A stretch of 64,000 nucleotides of DNA from an uncultured Actinomycetes bacterium. Its GTDB lineage: Bacteria; Actinomycetota; Thermoleophilia; Gaiellales; JAICJC01. The number at the start of each line of letters is the position of its first letter. Positions within the stretch are counted from its first letter, which is position 1. Made by a program: the position numbers and the translations under genes. The DNA is taken from the NCBI GenBank assembly GCA_963729195.1, contig CAVSNF010000025.1, positions 94,438-158,437 of the forward strand. Reading direction: 5' to 3'. A model generated the notes under the pieces. That model searched no databases and had not been told where the DNA came from. It was given only the letters and a program-made list of their open reading frames with translations. Shown in pieces: positions 39,081 through 51,050 of this stretch.

Positions 39081-39984
39081 TCAGGACTCCCTGCCGCCGA
39101 CCAGCGCGTCGGCGATCAGGCTCGCTGCAAGGCCGGTAAGCGCCAGTGCGATGCCCGGGAAGCACGATGATCCACCAGGCGGTCTGGATGACAGTGCGGC
39201 CCTCGTACATGATCGCGCCCCACTCCGGCGTGGGCGGCTGCACGCCGGCGCCCAGGAACGGCAGCGAGGCGGTCACGATGATGATCAGGATCGCGTCGGA
39301 GACGGCGTAGGTGGCCGTCGTCTTGAACACCGTGGGCAGAAGGTGGCGGCGCACGATCCGGGAGTGTGAGTACCCCAGCAGCCTGGCGGCGTCGATGAAC
39401 TCCCGGTTTCGCAGCGCCAGCGTCTGGGCGCGCGCGAGGCGCACATACAGCGCCCAGCTGGTGAGGAAGATGGCCACGAACAGCGACGGCAGGCCGGCCG
39501 GCAGCGGCCCCACCGTGCGATCCACCCCGAACACCACCACCAGCGCCAGCACCAGGATCACGAACGGGAAGGCGACGATGGCGTCGATGATGCGCATCGT
39601 GATGATGTCGGGCCAGCGCCGCGCCGACCCGGCCACGATTGTGCCGATCAGCGTGCCCATGACCAGTGGCACCGCCACCCCCACCAGCGCCACGAACAGG
39701 TCGATGCGGCCGGCGGCGAATACCCGCACGAACAGGTCGCGGCCGAAGGAATCGGTACCGAACAGGTGAGCGGTCGACGGGGGCTGGTCGGGAGTGGCCA
39801 CCAGCGCGTCGGGGGAGTACCTGCTGATCACCGGGACGATCGCACACAGCACCACGATCACCGTCAAAAGCACCACTCCAGCGACCAGGCTGCGACGGCG
39901 ATTGGCACCGGCCACGCCTCCGCGCAGCAGGCGCCAGCGGCCGAGTGAAGCGTCAGCGAGAGTTGAGGATGCGGGGGTCGACAA
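39081..39984 (-). CDS. ABC permease (OppC-like; C-terminal frameshift)
   Basis: HLFGTDSFGRD, EFIDAARLLG, RHLLP, FLGAGVQPPTPEWG. Confidence 0.88.
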
Positions 39985-40934
39985 GGGCGTAGATCGCGTC
40001 GGTTGCGAAGTTGATGAGCACCACGAAGAGGGCGGTCAGAAGCGCGACTCCCTGAACCACCGGGTAGTCGCGGGTGGCCACGGCGTTGACCAGGTCGGTG
40101 CCCACACCGGGCAGCGCGAACACCGCCTCGATCACCACCGCGCCGCCGATCAGTGCGCCCATGTTGAATCCCAGCAGCGTGATCACCGGCAGCACGCTGT
40201 TGGGCAGCACGTGCCGAAGCGTGACGGTGCGGCTGGGAAGACCGCGCGCGGTGGCGGCCTCGATGAAGTGCTCGCGCACGGTCTCGTGGGCGGTCTGGCG
40301 CACCGCCCGAGCGGTAATCGGGATCAGGTAGGCGGCCAGCGCCAGGCTGGGAAGCCACACGTATCTGGCGTTGTCGGGCCAGCCTCCGCCCCAGCCGCCG
40401 GCCGGGGCCAGACCCGCATCCAGCGACACGAACAGCAGCAGCAGCAAGCCGACGAAGAACGGCGGCATCGACAGCAGCAGCACCGAGGAGGAGCGCACCA
40501 CCGAGTCGACCGGTCGATACCGGCTGAGCGCCGCCCACAATCCCAGCGGGATACCCAGCAGGATCGCAAACAGCACGCTGCAGGCCACCACCGACAGCGT
40601 GACCGCGAAGTCCGGCAGGATGATGTCTGGCCACCGGACGGCCGCCGAGCACCAGCGAGTTACCGAGATCGCCGTGGGCAAGCTGATTCACAAAGCTCCC
40701 GAACTGACGCAGCAGCGGTTGATCGATCCCCATCTCATGCCGCAGCGCGGCCAGCGTCTGAGGCGTGGCTCTGGTGCCGAGGATCGTCCGCGCAGGATCT
40801 CCCGGCACCAGGTGCACGAGCAGAAATGTGATCACCACGACCGCGGCGATCACGCCCAGCAGCTGGACGGCGCGACCGGCGAGCCGCGCCGTCCAGACTG
40901 CGAAGCGCCGGTCAGCTTCCGGCCGGCTGGACAT
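39953..40934 (-). CDS. ABC permease (OppB-like; frameshift near 40640)
   Basis: LVPGDPA, GDLGNS, ARGL...RHVLPN, IEAVFALPGVG, RDYPVVQG. Confidence 0.88.
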
Positions 40935-42471
40935 CGTAGAAGCTCGACGCCCCGAGATAGACCCAGTCTTGGGCCAGCCCGGTTCCGTTGATCTGCGACA
41001 GACCCACCAGCGGGACATACGGCATGTCCTTGGCGAAGATCTGACTGACCTGCGACAGGGCGTCGGTTCGAGCGGCGCCCGCCGAGGCGATCGCGCGGTT
41101 GGCCGCCGCATCCATCTGGGGCGAGTCGTAGCCCGAGAACAGGGCATTGATGCCGCCGTCTGAGATCAGGCCGTAGGTGAGCATCCCGTCCGGGAATGTC
41201 CACGTAGTCGTACAGCGAGTTGACCTCGAGCTCGAAGGTGCCGTTGCCCTCGGCCTCACCGGCAACCGACGGGTCGACCTGCTGGATCGAGGCGTTGATC
41301 CCGATCGCCTTGAGGTTCTGCTGCACCACGACACCGGCGCGATCGGCGTAGTCCAAGCCGTTTCGCAACATCAGCTTGAGGTTACACCCGTTCGCGCAGG
41401 GCGTTCCGGCCAGCAGGCTCTTGGCCTTGTCGATGTTCTGCTGCGACGGGAACGACGACTGGTAACAGCACTGGAACGTCTGCGGGAAGAACGCGTCCGA
41501 GATCGAGCTCTTGCCGGAGAACGCGATCTGGTTGATCTGATCGCGGTCCATGGCCAGGCTGATCGCCTGCCGCACGTTGGTGTTGTTGAGCGGTGCATTG
41601 CGATTGTTGACGTAGAGGTACACGGCGCCGTACAGCGGTGTGATCGACGGACGCAGATTGCCGGTCAGCTGCGGGATCACGGATGACGACAGCGAATCGG
41701 CGATGTCGAGCTCGCCGCCCTTGAGCTGTACCAGGCGCGTATTGGGATCGATCACCGTGACCAGCTTGATCGTGTTCACGGCCGGCTTGGGACCCCAGAA
41801 GTTCGGGTTCTTGACCAGTGTGATGTCCGACCCGTCCCACGACTCGATCTTGTACGGCCCAGCCGAGATCGGGTTCTTGAGGAAGGTCTTGGTGTCCGCC
41901 ATTCCGCTGGCCGGGAACACCAGGAATGCCGGTTCCCCGAGCACGGTGGGAAGCGACGGGTAGGTGGACTTGAGGTTGAAGACGACGGTGTTCGCGTCCG
42001 GCGCCGTGACCGACTTGACCGGAGCCAGCAGGCCCGCGTTGACGTTGCCGGCGTCGGCAAGCGCCCGCTTGAACGTGGCCACCACGTCGGCGGAGGTGAG
42101 CGGCGAGCCGTCCGAGAACTTCAGCCCGGCCGCAGCCGGAAGGTCACCGACAGCTGGTTAGAGGCAACCTGCCACGACGACGCGAGGCCCGGCTGGAGTG
42201 CGCCGCCCTTGCCCGGGATGGTGGTGAGTGTGCCGCTGAGGAGGTGCAGCGCGTCGAGGTTCGACGGCTCCAGCGCCAGGTCAGGATCGAGGTCCGAGAC
42301 CTTGAGCGGCAGCCCGATCGTGACCGTGGCCGGCGCGGGATTGCCGGTGGCCGGTGCCGTGGCCGAGCTGGCGCTGCTGCCACTGCCACCTCCGCAGGCG
42401 GTCACACCGACGACCGCGAGCAGCGCCACCACGGCACCGACAGCGCGGGTCAATCTTCGAGACGTCTTCAC
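40912..42471 (-). CDS. ABC substrate-binding lipoprotein, family 5 (OppA/DppA-like; frameshifted)
   Basis: Lipobox VTAC; LDP, PGLASSW, FSDGSPLTSADV, AGPYKI, VRQAISLAMDR. Confidence 0.85.
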
Positions 42472-43877
42472 TGGAGTTCCCTTTCGTCGTGGGATGAAGG
42501 ACTGAGAACGAGATGCGCGACACCGTCGATTACACGGGCCGACGCATCGGGAAGGAACGGCGAGGCATCGACCTCGTAGCCACCCTCCGCGAACTGCTCG
42601 TAGGCCGGCAGGTACCCGACCGAGTCGCACACATTGGTCGCGGTGATCACGTGCACCGGCTGGGCGGCGGCCTGGAACGCACGGTCATACGCACCGGAGA
42701 GCTCTCCGGGCCAGCCGACCAGCGCCAGCTCGTCGCCCAGCTGGATCACCACGGGGCGGGCCCGGCCGGTGTCACCGTCGGGGAATCGCTCGGCCAGATC
42801 CTGCTCGATCAGCGCCCGCTGAAGATCCACAGACGCCGACTGATCACCTGCGCTGACGCGCTCACGAGCCTGCTCGGCGCGATCACGGGCGGCGGCGGGG
42901 TCGAGCGGCCGCAGCGGCAGATCGAGCTCGCTCACGCGCACCGAGACGTCGACGTCGGGTCGCTGTGGCAGGGAGGCTCGGGTGATGCACAGGGCCGCGC
43001 CGGATTCCCGCACCTCGACCGGCTCGATCTCGAGCAGCGCCTGGCGGCTCTCGAGCAGCGCCGCTACGGCTGTATGACCGACCGCCCTGCCGACCGCGTC
43101 GGCGTCGGCCACCTGGTTCGAGAACCCCGCGGCGGGTGCGCGGTCTGCGCCGCAGCCCTGCAGGAACAGTGCCGGCGCGCCGGTCTCACGCTCGACCACC
43201 TCGCGCAGCTCGGCGATGTAGTCGGGGGAGATCAGGAGGTTGCCCCACGCCAGCACGGTGGGATGGCAGCCAAACGCCACCAGGGTGGCCAGGCTCGAAC
43301 GGTCCTCGGCCAGCAGGTCGACCACGTCCAGCGTCTCATCCGCCGGCACCTCCGGCGACCCCCACCAGCCGGCGGCCGAATGCCTGTTGCCGGCGCGAGC
43401 GCGCAATCGCGCAGGGGACGCGGGTCGCGATCGCCCGCACCGGTCGGCAGGCGCTCGGCGGCCGCGACCGCAATCCCGGGGATCTCGGCCATCAAGCTCC
43501 GCCCGTCGCTCGCGGGCGCTGCCGTCGGGATCCCAGGGCGCCAGGTAGGTCTCGTCCAGCGACAGCCCACTGTGGGTGTGAGACGCCGCCAGGAACACCG
43601 CCGACGGATCCACCCCCACCGCCGCGGCCACCTGCTCTGCCACCGAGGATCCGAGGTCGGTGGGCCAGCTGACCGTGTCGATTGCGATTACCACCGCCGC
43701 GGGGCCGGTGTCCAGTTGGCCGATTACCAGCGCGGTCACGGTCAGCGGCTTGTGCATACCGGTCGAGGTCTGGGTCGCGCGGGCGCCCCACGGTCCGATC
43801 GGCATCCCGGCGGCGACCCGGTGCGGCGCGCGCGCGACTCCCGCCAGCAGGGTGCCGGTGACGGTTCGGCGGGTCAC
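42468..43877 (-). CDS. Neutral/alkaline ceramidase-like amidohydrolase (local frameshifts)
   Basis: ASHTHSG, FGCHPTVL, ISPDY, FLQGCGAD, PGE, GYLP...GGYE. Confidence 0.7.
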   Translation of the reverse strand: MTRRTVTGTLLAGVARAPHRVAAGMPIGPWGARATQTSTGMHKPLTVTALVIGQLDTGPAAVVIAIDTVSWPTDLGSSVAEQVAAAVGVDPSAVFLAASHTHSGLSLDETYLAPWDPDGSARERRAELDGRDPRDCGRGRRAPADRCGRSRPASPARLRARAGNRHSAAGWWGSPEVPADETLDVVDLLAEDRSSLATLVAFGCHPTVLAWGNLLISPDYIAELREVVERETGAPALFLQGCGADRAPAAGFSNQVADADAVGRAVGHTAVAALLESRQALLEIEPVEVRESGAALCITRASLPQRPDVDVSVRVSELDLPLRPLDPAAARDRAEQARERVSAGDQSASVDLQRALIEQDLAERFPDGDTGRARPVVIQLGDELALVGWPGELSGAYDRAFQAAAQPVHVITATNVCDSVGYLPAYEQFAEGGYEVDASPFLPDASARVIDGVAHLVLSPSSHDERELQ

Positions 43878-44665
43878 GGCCGGCCTGCCGAGTAGTCGTG
43901 CAACACGCGTCCCTGCGTGAGTGTGAAGTCGGTCCGCCACAGGAACCCGTCCAGCGGCTCTCGCACCGGCAGCCTGAACACCGGGGCCTGCGCATTGGGG
44001 CGCAGCTCAACGGTGCAGGGGCCGGTGTGACACTCGGAGACCTGCACGTCCAGCAGCCTGCGGGCGGTCAGCTGACGGATGGCGAGCGATCCGTCGATGG
44101 ACGGGATCAGCTTCAGGTTGATGTTCTCGCTGAAGTCGTAGTGCACGAGCATGTCCTCCCGCGGACACGCCCGCTGCTTGTACGGCAGGGTGGCGGTGAG
44201 CACCTCGATGCCGTTGCGCGTGACCCGGCCGACAACCAGGTCGCCGTGCGTCTCGAGGCTCACCTCGGCGAGCTTCTTGGGCTGGCCGTGCACCTCGCGG
44301 CCGTGGGCCACTCCCTCGGGCGAGTCGAGGTACTGGGCGGTGGTGTAGCCGCCGATCGTGTCGGCTCCCAGCCGCACACCCACCATCACGTTGCACTCGT
44401 TCACCTGCCCCATGAAGTCGACGTCAGGCATGCGATAGATATGGGCCACGACCACGTCGCTGATGACCTCGAGGGGCGCCGGCACCAGCTGCTCGATAGC
44501 GTCGCGGTCGCTGCGATAGCAGACGGTCAGCACCGTCACATCACGAAACCCGATCGGGAAGGGAGGCACCGCAGGCGCGTCCCACGGCGTCGACCAGGCC
44601 CGCTCCGGGATGTCGGCTCGCTCGACTTGACTGGGCCGCTGAGCCCCTCGCCACAGTTCGCTCAT
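43874..44665 (-). CDS. Acetoacetate decarboxylase family protein
   Basis: LVPAPLE, GREVHGQPKKLA (Schiff-base Lys), NLKLIPSIDG, APVFRLPV. Confidence 0.85.
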   Translation of the reverse strand: MSELWRGAQRPSQVERADIPERAWSTPWDAPAVPPFPIGFRDVTVLTVCYRSDRDAIEQLVPAPLEVISDVVVAHIYRMPDVDFMGQVNECNVMVGVRLGADTIGGYTTAQYLDSPEGVAHGREVHGQPKKLAEVSLETHGDLVVGRVTRNGIEVLTATLPYKQRACPREDMLVHYDFSENINLKLIPSIDGSLAIRQLTARRLLDVQVSECHTGPCTVELRPNAQAPVFRLPVREPLDGFLWRTDFTLTQGRVLHDYSAGRP

Positions 44666-45654
44666 GGCCGCCCCGATTGGAGCGCGTCGACGTATCGCGG
44701 ATTAACGATCGCTTGAGGCCGGCGACCGGCCAGGAAATCCACGGTCTGGTGGGCGGCGCACACGGTCAGGTCGGCCAGCGACTCGGGGGAGTACCAGGCT
44801 GCGTGCGGGGTGAGGATCACGTTGGGGGCATCCCGCAGAGGGCTGGACTGCGACAGCGGCTCGTGCTCGAACACGTCCAGGCCGGCGCCGCCGACGTGCC
44901 CCGAGAGGAGTGCACGGGCGAGTGCCTGCTCGTCGATCAGCCCGCCCCGGCAGGTGTTGACGATCAGGCTCCCCGGGGGGATCAGGGCCAGCTCCCGCTC
45001 GCCGATCAGGCCGCGCGTCTCCGGCGTCAGCGGAACGTGCAGGGTGAGCACATCGGCAGCCAGCAGCGCTTGCTCCAAGGGTGCGGTCGCGTATCCGAGA
45101 TCGCCGATGTCGCCCAGCGGGACATACGGGTCACTGACGATCACGCGGAAGCCCACCGAATCCAGGATCCGAGCCACCCGGCGGCCGATCCGACCGAAGC
45201 CGAGAACCACCGCGGTCATGGCCGACGGCCGGCGTGCCAGCGGTGCATGCTCGATCGGCTCCCACTGGTTTCGGCGGATGCCCGCGTCGAGTGTGGGCAG
45301 GCCCCGAGTGCCGGCGAGCACCAGCGCGGCTGTGTGCGCCGCCACCTCCTCGACGCAGTAGTCCGGTGTGTTGGCAACCGCGATGCCTTTACTGGTGGCG
45401 GCGTCCAGGTCGATCATGTCGAGACCGATGCCGATGCGGCTGATGAACTCACAGGTATCGAGCGAGTCGATCACTGATGCGGTGATCGGCGCCCACTGCA
45501 CGATCAGCGCCCGGGCGCCGGTGGCGACGTCGAGCACGTCCTGCTCGTTCGAGCATGAAGCCCGGACGACCCGGTAGCCGGCGTCGGAAAGCACATTCTC
45601 GGTCGCATTTCCGGGAAGATCCGAGTCGGTGATGACAATCAGGTCACTCCCCAT
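44662..45654 (-). CDS. D-2-hydroxyacid dehydrogenase (CtBP/SerA-like)
   Basis: ANTPDYCVEEVA, GFGRIG, HVPLTPET, NTCRGG, LDVFEHEP, TPHAAW. Confidence 0.9.
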   Translation of the reverse strand: MGSDLIVITDSDLPGNATENVLSDAGYRVVRASCSNEQDVLDVATGARALIVQWAPITASVIDSLDTCEFISRIGIGLDMIDLDAATSKGIAVANTPDYCVEEVAAHTAALVLAGTRGLPTLDAGIRRNQWEPIEHAPLARRPSAMTAVVLGFGRIGRRVARILDSVGFRVIVSDPYVPLGDIGDLGYATAPLEQALLAADVLTLHVPLTPETRGLIGERELALIPPGSLIVNTCRGGLIDEQALARALLSGHVGGAGLDVFEHEPLSQSSPLRDAPNVILTPHAAWYSPESLADLTVCAAHQTVDFLAGRRPQAIVNPRYVDALQSGRP

Positions 45655-46336
45655 CGGATTCGTCCTCGTCGGAGACCAGCGAATGATCGACCCGTGCGGC
45701 GGCGATTTGGATGTGCTCGGCCATCTTGGCCTTGGCCCGTTCCGGGTCACCACTGAAGATGGCGTCGATCAGCTCGACGTGCGAGGCGGTGTGCGCCACC
45801 AGCTGGCCCTGCTCCAAGAGATAGGTGGCCCGGCGCAGGAAGGCGGCGATCCGCCCGCGCAGGCCTTCGACCAGTTGAATCAGCGTCTGGTGGTCGGTGG
45901 CCGTCCACAGCCGCTCGTGAAACTCCCGGTCGAGGTCCACCACCCGGTCGCGGTCGCCCTTGACCGCGGCGGCGGCCATGGCCGCCGCCACCGCCCGAAG
46001 CTCGTCCTCGGTGCCGGGCGGAGCGTGGGACTGGGCGCGCACCGCAACCAGTTGCTCGAGCACCACCCGCACGCTGGAGATCTCCTCCAGCTCGCGCCGG
46101 CCCAGCGAGGCGACCCGGGCTCCGCGCCCCGCCGCCCGCTCGACCAGGCCGTCGTCGCTGAGCCGTGCCAGCGCCTCGCGCACCGGGATATGGCTGATGT
46201 GGAACTGGGCTGCGATCCGGCGCTCGACCAGGCGGGTACCGGGCTGCAGCGACCCGTCCTGGATGGCCGTTCGCAGCTGCGTGTAGGCATCGTCCGCGAC
46301 GCTTTGACGAGACAGCGGACGGAGTGGCTCTGTCAC
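45644..46336 (-). CDS. GntR family regulator (FCD domain)
   Basis: LQPGTRLVE...ISHIPVREAL wHTH; DREFH, H..LIDAI, H FCD residues. Confidence 0.92.
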   Translation of the reverse strand: MTEPLRPLSRQSVADDAYTQLRTAIQDGSLQPGTRLVERRIAAQFHISHIPVREALARLSDDGLVERAAGRGARVASLGRRELEEISSVRVVLEQLVAVRAQSHAPPGTEDELRAVAAAMAAAAVKGDRDRVVDLDREFHERLWTATDHQTLIQLVEGLRGRIAAFLRRATYLLEQGQLVAHTASHVELIDAIFSGDPERAKAKMAEHIQIAAARVDHSLVSDEDESDGE

Positions 46337-46360
46337 GGCGCGGGCCGCACCACAGTTGGG

Positions 46361-46393
46361 TTGCCACCAAGCATGGCGCTAGATACTATAGCG
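46361..46393 (+). promoter_or_regulatory. Sigma70-type promoter with overlapping palindrome (candidate GntR operator)
   Basis: TTGCCA-N17-TACTAT (46361-46389); CGCTA-N7-TAGCG at 46377-46393 in the divergent intergenic region. Confidence 0.5.
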
Positions 46394-46443
46394 AAATCCG
46401 GAAGCGGTCAAGGGCCGAGAACACCGGCTTCGAGAGGAGATCC

Positions 46444-47215
46444 ATGACCCCCAACAGGGCCCGAATCGCAGTCGTCACCGGGGGTGCCTCCGGGATCGGA
46501 TGGGCGATCGCCTCGCGGCTGGCCGCGGAGGGATGGACGACGGTGGCGGCCGATATCAACCCCGGCGAGACCGCCCGGCGCGGCAACCGAGGTCGTCTAC
46601 CGAAACCTCGACATCCGCGACCGCGACCAGGTCGACCAGGTGTTCACCGACATCCGCAGCAGCGAGGGCGGGCTGGATCTGCTGGTCAACAATGCCGGCA
46701 TCCAGATTCACGGCCGCACCGAGACGCTCAGCTGGGAAACATGGTCGGCGGTGGTCGACGTCAACCTGCACGGGACATTCAACTGCCTCCAGGCCGCCGG
46801 CCGGATCATGCTGGCCGAGGGCGCCGGCTCGATCGTGAACATCGCATCGGTGGCGGCCGCCCGCGGCGCCCCCGGCCGCGCTCCCTACGCGGCCACCAAA
46901 GCCGCGATCGTCTCACTCACCCGCACCGCCGCAGTGGAGTGGGCCGAGCGGGGCGTGCGGGTAAACGCGGTCGGACCGGGCTACGTCGACACCGGCGTGT
47001 TCCGCGAGGGCCTCGCCAGCGGGGAGCTGGACGAAGCCGCGGTGATGGGCCGGATACCGATGCGGCGGGCGGCCGGCACCGACGAGATCGCGGCCACCGT
47101 CAGCTTCCTCGCCTCACCCGGCGCGTCCTACATCACCGGCCAGGTGCTGTACGCCGACGGCGGCTTCCTGAGTGACTACGGCATCCCCACCACCGCGCTG
47201 GATCCACCTCCGTGA
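46444..47215 (+). CDS. SDR family oxidoreductase (frameshift near 46575)
   Basis: TGGASGIG, then NNAG, YAATK, VNAVGPG, ADGG. Confidence 0.88.
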
Positions 47216-48329
47216 TCGACCCGATCGCCGCCATCGAGGTGGGAACCGCCCGGCTCGACCTGCCCGCGCCGATCCGGATCGCCTCCGGCGAGATCCGCTC
47301 GCGAGAGTACGCGGCCGTTCGGGTCACCACCGAGCAGGGGCTGTCGGGGCGCGCCTACTGCCTGACCCGCGAGGCACCGGTCGCGGCCTGTGTGCAGCAG
47401 CTGGTCGCGCCGGCGCTGATCGGCAGCGACAGCGCCGATCCCGAGGCGGCATGGCGGCGCGCGTCCCGGGCCACCATCATGCCCGGCCGGGTGGGGCTGG
47501 TGGTGCGGGCGGTGGGATTGGTGGACATCGCCCTGTGGGACATCGCCGCCCAACGCCACGGCGTGCCGCTGTGGAAGCTGCTGGGGGCACGAGCACAGCC
47601 GGCTGGCGGTGATGTCGGTGGCCGCCTACCCCACCCCTGACCGAACACCCGAGTCACTGGCCGGGGACGTGCTGCGAAACGCCGCCGCCGGCCATCGCCT
47701 GGTGAAGATCGCCCGCGACCCCGACCCCGCGCGCATGGCCCAGCTGTTGGACGCTGCTGAAAACACCGCTTCCCGCCGGGACAGGTCTCGTGATCGACGC
47801 CGGCTACGCCTGGACGGACGCCGCCTCCGCCGTCGCCGAGGTGGCGCTGTGGGATGCACCGGAGCTGGCCTGGCTCGAGGATCCGCTCGTCCCCGAGGAC
47901 ATCGAGGGCTACCGCGCCCTCAGCGATGCGCTGGCCCAGCGGATCGGCGCGGGCGACGAGCTCAGCTCGATAGCGGTGTATCGCGACCTGCTGCGGGCAT
48001 CGGCGCTGGACGTGCTGCGGCTCGATCTCGTGTGCATCGGGGGCGTCACCCCCGCCCGTGAGGTTCTGCAGCTGGCCGAGCGCCACGGGGTCGAGGTGTC
48101 GTTCCACGTGTACCCCGAGATGAGCGCGCACGTGGCGGCAGCCTCGGGAGCCTTGATCGAATCGTTCGAGCGCGATCTCCCCGGCGGCAACCCGCTGGAC
48201 CCGGCCGACCGGCTGATCTCCGGCGGGCCCGTCTTCGCTGCGGGCTCGGCGGTGATCGGTGACCGGCCCGGGCTGGGGTTCGAGCTGGACTGGGAGCGCT
48301 TCTCGATGTCGCCCACCGCGGTGCGATGA
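47212..48329 (+). CDS. Mandelate racemase/muconate lactonising (enolase superfamily) enzyme (frameshifted)
   Basis: VDIALWDI...PLWKLLG; IDA, WLEDPL, AGDE metal ligands; SFH; PGLGFELD. Confidence 0.82.
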
Positions 48330-49285
48330 GCCAGGTCGCTGCAGGAATGCACCGGCTCGAGGCGCCCCTCGGCGAGCAGTACGTGTGCATCTTCGTGGTG
48401 GTGGGCGAGACGTCCGCACTGGTCGTCGACACCGGCGTTGCGGCTCACCCGCGGCGACCGTCGGCATGCTGGCGCCGGATCTGGGGGTCGAGATCTCACA
48501 CGTGGTCATCTCGCATGCCGACGTCGATCACTGCGGCGGGATCACGGCCATGCGAGCGATCGCTCCGGCGGCACAGGTGGTGTGCTCCCAGGCCGATCGG
48601 CCGTGGATCGACTCGGTCGACGCGCTGATCGACCACCGCTACCGGGAGTTCCGGCACGAGTGCGGACATCGACGAGGACGAGGAGTTTTGCTCGTGGGTG
48701 CGCCAAAACGACGACGGAGGCCGCGTCGACTTTGCGGTCACGCCGCCCGAGACGGTTGATCTGGGTGGACGCGCGGTCGAGCTCGTGCACACCCCGGGAC
48801 ACACCCGCGGACACCTGACCGTGTTCGACCCAGCGACCCGCACGGCGATCGTGGCCGACGCGGTGCTCGGAGCGGCAACCCCCGATGCCGCGGGAAACGC
48901 CGTGCTACGCACCGACCTACCGGTACGTGGCCGACTACCGAGCGACGATCGCCAAGCTGCGCGACCTGGCACCGGAGCTCCTGCTGGGGTCGCATTTCCC
49001 GGTGGCCGAGGGAGCCTCCCAGGTGAGCGCGTTCCTCGACACCACCGAGTCGTTCGTGAACGCCCTCGAAGCGGCGGTGGTGGATGCTCTGGAGCACTGC
49101 GGCCCGCTCACGGTGCGCGAGCTGATCGACCTGGCCGCGCCCGCCGTGAGATCCTGGCCGAGCGCCATGGACATCACACTCGCCGGGCCGGTGGTCGGCC
49201 ACCTCGAAGACCTTCAAGCCCGCGGCCGGGTGCAGCGGCTTCCGGGATCCCCGCGACCTTCGTACGGGTGGCCGGCGATGGCTGA
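48326..49285 (+). CDS. Metallo-beta-lactamase-fold hydrolase (several frameshifts)
   Basis: VDTG, SHADVDHCGG, TPGHTRGH, VADAVLG, GSH. Confidence 0.78.
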
Positions 49286-50311
49286 GGCGACTGTCCAAAC
49301 CGCACTCTTGGCGGGAACCCACCACGCCGTGGTGCTCGCCAACGACCGCATCCAGGTGACGATGCTCCCCGGCCTCGGTGGGGACATCTACTCGGTGCAG
49401 GACGTCCGCACCGGAGTCGACGTGCTGTGGAAGACACCCTGGGGGCTCCAGCCGGACGGCCCCACCAATGCCGGCGACTCGATCACGGCGTGGGTCAACC
49501 GGTATGCCGGTGGCTGGCAGGTGCTGCTTCCCTCCGGCGGCGGGCCGTCGGAGCACGGCGGCATCACCCACCCGTATCACGGCGAGGCGTGCATGCGCGG
49601 CTGGTCCTGGCGGGAGGCGCGCACCGCCGGCGGTGATGCCTGTGTGGCGTTGGACGTGCGGCTGATCGACACGCCGTTTCGGATCGAACGAGAGGTTCGG
49701 CTGTCAACCGACGGCGCCGGTGTGGTGGTGGACGAGCGGATCACCAACGAGGGAGCCTCGCCCGTTGACTACATGTGGTGTCACCACCCGTCGTTCGGTG
49801 CGCCGCTGATCGAGCCGGGGGTGCGCATCACCACCTCGGCCACGTCGCTGGTGGCCGACCCCGAGATCGACGCGGAATGGAACCCGTTGGTCTTGGGCAG
49901 CAGCCACCGCTGGCCGGTGGTGACCGATCGCGGCGGCAGCGACCTCGACCTCTCGGTTTTGCCGCCGCTCCGATCAGCGGCGCAGTCTGGTCGGCTACCT
50001 GTCGGGGTTCACATCCGGGCGAGGCCACCATCGAGAATCCGCGGCTGGGTCTGGCCTGCACGCTCAGCTGGCCGTTGGAGGTGTTCCCCTATGCCTGGGT
50101 GTGGCAGGAGTTCCGCGGGGAGGCCGGTTGGCCCTGGTACGGCCGCGCCTACGTGATCGCGATCGAGCCGTGCACCAGCTACCCGGGGGCCGGGTTGGGA
50201 GGCGTGATCGCAACCACCAAGACGCACCGCACGCTGGCACCGGGGGAGAGTGCACAGGTCGAGGTGCGCATGACGTCTCAGTCGATGCGAACGCCGCCGT
50301 TGACGTCGTAG
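49278..50311 (+). CDS. Aldose 1-epimerase/galactose mutarotase-like protein (frameshift near 49970)
   Basis: LPGLGGDI, GGWQVLLP, YHGE, MWCHHPSFG, FPYAWVWQE, AIEPCTS. Confidence 0.72.
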
Positions 50312-51019
50312 GTCGCGCCGGTCGTAAACGACGAGTCCGGCATCGCCAGCAACACGATCGCCGGAGCGACCTCCTCGGGACGGCCAAACCGCCCCAGGGG
50401 GATGCCTGAGCCGAACTGCTCGCGAACCTCGGGATCGAGCTTGTCGGTGATCGACGTATCGATCGGCCCCGGAGTGACCGCATTCACCCGGATGCCCTCG
50501 CCGGCCAGCCGGCGGGCGTAGGAGCGGGTGATCGCCAGGATTGCGGCCTTGCTGGCCGCGTAGTGGACGCTGGTGGTGTATCCACCGGTCTGCCCGGCGA
50601 TCGAGGAGATGTTGACCACCGACCGGTCTCCCGTTGCGGCGCGCAGCAGCGGCAGCGCCGCGCGGGTCATCAGGAAGGTTCCCCGAGCGTTGGTCTCCAG
50701 CACGGCATCCCACTCGTCGATGGTGATGTCGTCGGGCGACGTGTAGGGACAGATGCCGGCGTTGTTGATCACAATCGAGAGCTCGCCCCAGGCAGCGGTG
50801 ACCTCGGCCACCAGTCCGTCGATCGACGCCGGATCGCGCACGTCGAGCTGCGACATACGAGCCTCCACGCCCCGCTTTCGACACGCGATCCACGACTCCC
50901 TCGGCGAGTTCCCGGCGGCCGCCGAACGTGATCCAGACATCCACCCCGCGCTGGGCAAGCAGATCAGCGGTGGCGGATCCGATTCCCGAATTTCCGCCTG
51001 TTACGAGGGCTCGCGGCAC
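50278..51019 (-). CDS. SDR family oxidoreductase (frameshift near 50870)
   Basis: TGGNSGIG; NNAG, YAASK, VNAVTPG, VNGG. Confidence 0.88.
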
Positions 51020-51050
51020 GACCCATACGACTATAACGCCGCGTCAATCA

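Noticed and set aside
48885-50156. Apparent MBL::aldose-epimerase fusion ORF
   Set aside because: Arises from a frameshift near 49245. The alternative frame ends at TGA 49285, overlapping a proper ATG at 49278.
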